DNA of 64,000 nucleotides from Escherichia coli (GTDB lineage Bacteria; Pseudomonadota; Gammaproteobacteria; Enterobacterales; Enterobacteriaceae): NCBI RefSeq assembly GCF_041886205.1, contig NZ_CP169029.1; one strand, 5' to 3'. Shown piece by piece: positions 60,604 to 64,000 of this stretch (position 1 is its first letter; each line of letters starts with the position of its first letter). The notes under the pieces were generated by a model. It saw only the letters and a program-made list of their open reading frames with translations, ran no database searches and was not told where the DNA came from. The position numbers and the translations under genes were made by a program.

Positions 60604-61683
60604 TTTTTTTGCCTTTAAAGTTGAACTTTTCAATAGAAAAGAAGTCACTCCGAATAAATATCTATAATTTTTGTATTTAAGTTTCAAGTTTTGCACATTA
60701 GTATTGAGATATTTTTGTGATTAAAATCACAAAAATATCACCATAAAACCAATGGATTATTAGAAAAGAATTAATTCAGTGAATAACAACTCGAGTAGGC
60801 AGCTTGGCGCTACGACTTATCATGGTCTGTAATTACCTTTATAAAACAAACAATGTTATTGCTTTCAGTTGGTTATATGGCACGTTCAGCTCAACCCCGT
60901 AAACACAAACCATCTCCACAGAGAAGTCAACTTCCCCACTATGTCGCAAAACTTCACGAAGATGATTTTTTGACGAAGAAGAGACCGAAGTGCATCGCTT
61001 TGATAATTTTGATGGTGCGGTGGCGTATTACACAAACCTGAATATTTCGTTCTTTGTGGATACCGGAAACAAAAAGTGGGTCTTCTGGTTTGTCCGTGTC
61101 GATGACGAGGGTTATCTAGAGACAACCTGATGTGAGGAGCGGTAATTCTCGACTATTCTTGCAGCTATCACTGCCAGTGGCATGTGCAGCCCAAACAGCG
61201 GTACGGTTCACTGACCGGACAGTGTAACCCCGATATTCAGAGACTTCCCCGTTTTGCCGATATTTTTCAGCAGGGGATCCGCTGGATTAACTGGTTGAAT
61301 AAACAGCCAGAAGCTTCTGTGTGTCCGGTGATGATTGCGTATTCCGCTCTATTCGATCACGGATTGGCATCAAAGTCCGATCAGCGATTCGCATCCATTC
61401 GATTAACCGAAAACTTAACTTTTTCTATCGCTTTTCAACTCGTTTTTTCGGTGTTTTCCATTGACGGGGGATTTTTCCTCAGGGACTCTCCCTGAAGGAC
61501 CAGTCTGTGTGAGTTATGTACCAGTCTGTCCAAGATGGCATATGCTGTTGTTGGGTTCACTATAAGAACATACCATTTATCTACCGGGAACTGGCTTACC
61601 GCTATTGTGCTACCTTGCCCGTAACGATCTTCTGTGATCGCCAGGAGGTCATGACACTGGGAATTACTTAACTGTTTAACTAT

Positions 61684-61935
61684 TTAAGCCCCAGATCGTC
61701 TAGGATTAGAACCTGTATTTTTCTGTTTCAGATATTTTAGCCAGCTACCATCAACACGTCCCTGAGCCCGCTGTTCCAGTAACCGCCCGGTTCTACAGTA
61801 CCGGACGCTGTGTTTCTGTCGACATACCTGTTCGCCCGGCACATTGGCTATCCAGCTATTGCCGCATCCTGTAGGCTCCGTTATCAGCAGGTTTTTCTTG
61901 TGGATTATGTAATGACCGTTCAGCAGTTCCCTCAT
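61684..61935 (-). pseudogene. Remnant of an IS21-family IstB-like helper ATPase
   Basis: Degenerate Walker A region NLLITEPTGCGNSWIA followed by ...VRYCRTGRLLEQ; upstream frame broken. Confidence 0.4.
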
Positions 61936-62653
61936 CTATTCAGCTCCCAGGCCTCTTGAAGCCGGATAACGCAGTCCTTCCGCTGTTACCTGATATTTCA
62001 GGCCGGTATTTTCTCTCAACTGTACCACTCGACTAGTTTCCCTGCTCAGGAGTTCGTCATCAACCAGCAGCGTCAGTCTCTCCTAGAGCGACAGTTCGCC
62101 GTCGGTCCGGAGGGGGGGCCAGCTGTCGTATCAGGCTCCCAGCTAGATAATATTTTTATTCTATCCTAGCGTGACCACCCGTTTTTTCTGCCCGCGCAAT
62201 TGCCAATCCGTACTGATTTTGAGATGAAGATGGATATCCACTTCATCTTGATGCTCTGTGCTGCATTCGTCCAGTGCTTTATGGATTGCTTTCTGCATCA
62301 GGCATCGTGCGTCACGGGAAATTGGTGCTATGACAGGCAATTGCTCAGTCCGGTTGGTGATTTGTTTTAATTTGGCGATTGATCAGATCGCACAATTCGG
62401 GCTAAGCTCCCTCAAAGGGAGCTACTATTCTGCGCAACTATATAGTATAGTACCAGCCGACGAGGGATATTTAAGGCAAGTTAACATTGTAACCAGAGCT
62501 GTATGGAGAAACTGTTGTCCCACTCTCCCCAGATATGTGCACGACGAAGGCCAGCACTAAGAAAAATAACATGTTGTCGGCGAATATACTCTATCAAAGA
62601 TTATTCTCCTCATCCTGAAAAATAAGGTTTTGTAGCGCCTTTGATAACATCAA

Positions 62654-63043
62654 TTACCTGAACTTTTTATGCCCTTCTATTCTTATTTTATGCATTTTCA
62701 TTACCGAGTTTGGAACATCTGAAATATCACCTGATACTACTTTTTCTTTTGCCTTAACAATTTCATTATTTAGTTTCATTAGCTCATTTTTATACTCACC
62801 CCCACCTTTCTTATCATCATGGGAAATCTTTTCAGGAAGTGATTTCATTGAGTCATTAACAGCGAGCTCCATAATTTCAAGAGCATCAATCATCTCTTTT
62901 TTATTCGTTGACGACTGTAAAATACCAATATTATCAGCGAGTATCTGCATATTTTCACCAAGCTCTTTTGCAGAAGATATATTTCCACCCCCAAAATATA
63001 ATAATAAGGTACTACAAATTGTTAAACATTTTACTTTTTCCAT
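62654..63043 (-). CDS. Cytochrome b562-like protein (CybC family)
   Basis: 129 aa with signal peptide; four-helix-bundle pattern alignable to CybC (NM..L.DN...DAL..M...Y...R at C-terminus). Confidence 0.65.
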   Translation of the reverse strand: MEKVKCLTICSTLLLYFGGGNISSAKELGENMQILADNIGILQSSTNKKEMIDALEIMELAVNDSMKSLPEKISHDDKKGGGEYKNELMKLNNEIVKAKEKVVSGDISDVPNSVMKMHKIRIEGHKKFR

Positions 63044-63053
63044 ATTCTATCCT

Positions 63054-63073
63054 TACAGGGGGAGACTCCCCCT
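63054..63073 (-). promoter_or_regulatory. Intercistronic stem-loop between catalase-peroxidase and cytochrome b562 genes
   Basis: Perfect palindrome cagggggag-ac-tccccctg directly upstream of the cybC-like SD (aagga). Confidence 0.5.
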
Positions 63074-63081
63074 GTGATATA

Positions 63082-64000
63082 TTATTTTTTAGATAAATCA
63101 AATCGGTCATTATTCATGACTTTATTCCAAGCATTAGCAAAATCATGAATAAACTTATCTTGAGCATCATCTGACGCGTAAACTTCAGCTACAGCCCGTA
63201 ATTCAGGATTTGAACTGAATATTAAATCTACAGAGGAAGCTTTCCATTTAAGAGTACCGCTCTTACGGTCATATCCATTATAGACATCCTCATCTTTATC
63301 TGATTTGCTCCAGTAGGTTCCCATATCCAGAAGATTCACAAAAAAATGATTATTCAGCGTACCCGGAGTCTCAGTAAATACCCCGAGAGAAGAATGATTA
63401 GTATTAATATCCATAACACGCAATCCACCTAACAGCACTGTCATTTCTGGAACAGTTAGATCAAGTTTACTCGCTTTATCAATCAGACTTTCAACAGGTG
63501 AAGTATGGTTCCTGTTTTTTGCATAATAGTTTCTGAAGCCATCTGCAGTAGGCTCCAGAAAACTGAATGATGTAATATCTGTCTGTTCCTGAGAAGCATC
63601 AGTTCTTCCTGGTTTGAATGGGATTTCTAGTTTTACACCTGCTTTAGCAGCTGATTCTTCGATAGCAGTATTACCCGCCAGTACAATTAAATCAGATAGT
63701 GAGACTTTCTTCCCATTAGACTGCTTTTTATTAAATTCTGACTGTAATGAAACCAGGGATGTCAACACCGTTTTCAAATTTTCAGGTTCATTGACTTCCC
63801 AATTTTTTTCTGGCAGCAAGCGGATACGGGCACCATTATTTCCTCCTCGATAATCAGTTACACGAAATGTCGAGGCTGAAGCCCAAGCAGTTTTTATCAG
63901 ATCAGAGGACGGAATTCCTGACTTAATGATCTGCATCTTGAGGGATTTTATATCCTGACTATCGATCATAGTGTAATCAGCAGCAGGAAGTGGATCCTGC
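63082..64000 (-). CDS. Catalase-peroxidase (KatG/KatP family), C-terminal portion; 5' part beyond window
   Basis: C-terminal domain blocks [58 protein letters not shown] runs off the window edge. Confidence 0.85.
   Translation of the reverse strand, partial: QDPLPAADYTMIDSQDIKSLKMQIIKSGIPSSDLIKTAWASASTFRVTDYRGGNNGARIRLLPEKNWEVNEPENLKTVLTSLVSLQSEFNKKQSNGKKVSLSDLIVLAGNTAIEESAAKAGVKLEIPFKPGRTDASQEQTDITSFSFLEPTADGFRNYYAKNRNHTSPVESLIDKASKLDLTVPEMTVLLGGLRVMDINTNHSSLGVFTETPGTLNNHFFVNLLDMGTYWSKSDKDEDVYNGYDRKSGTLKWKASSVDLIFSSNPELRAVAEVYASDDAQDKFIHDFANAWNKVMNNDRFDLSKK

Larger units (their letters stand above)
36315..64000. mobile_element. Integrase-associated genomic island inserted downstream of glnH; right end beyond the window
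   Basis: K-12 synteny (glnH followed by glnP after about 140 bp, from memory) is broken; P4-type integrase at the junction; IS elements, pseudogenes and AT-rich segments inside. Confidence 0.75.

Noticed and set aside
59716..60618. 300-aa ORF antisense to the porin gene
   Set aside because: Overlaps the porin CDS completely; low-complexity translation with no homology; the porin frame has clear family motifs.

Overview
The window is Escherichia coli chromosome, in two parts. Positions 1-36.3 kb are conserved core genome, collinear with (and inverted relative to) the K-12 mdfA-to-glnH interval: mdfA, ybjG, deoR, dacC, gstB, yliI, bssR, rimO, dgcI, pdeI, gsiDCBA, iaaA, moeAB, fsaA, ybiY/ybiW, ybiV, ybiT, ldtB, ybiR, mntR, mntS, opgE, ompX, rhtA, dps, glnH. 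The only differences I can see against my memory of K-12 are that ybiU is absent between ybiV and ybiT, and that glnP/glnQ do not follow glnH. Instead, from about 36.4 kb to the window end (at least 27.6 kb) there is an accessory island that opens with a P4-type integrase. Its gene content has a coherent theme of phosphorylated-substrate acquisition: a UhpA/UhpB/UhpC-like three-component sensor fused to an AfuABC-type ABC importer, an AppY-like AraC regulator, an AphA-like class B acid phosphatase and a PhoE-like porin. It ends with a cytochrome b562-like gene and a partial KatG-type catalase-peroxidase. The island is mosaic and decayed: two different IS66-family elements, an IS21 IstB-like remnant, an autotransporter N-terminal remnant cut by IS66, a C-terminal fragment of a phosphoethanolamine transferase, and long AT-rich ORF-free stretches. 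Two diverged copies of a small-ORF module each carry a conserved 8-bp inverted repeat in the leader. All protein identifications come from recognising translated sequence against families known from memory; no database search was run, so percent identities and the integration state in other strains are unverified.
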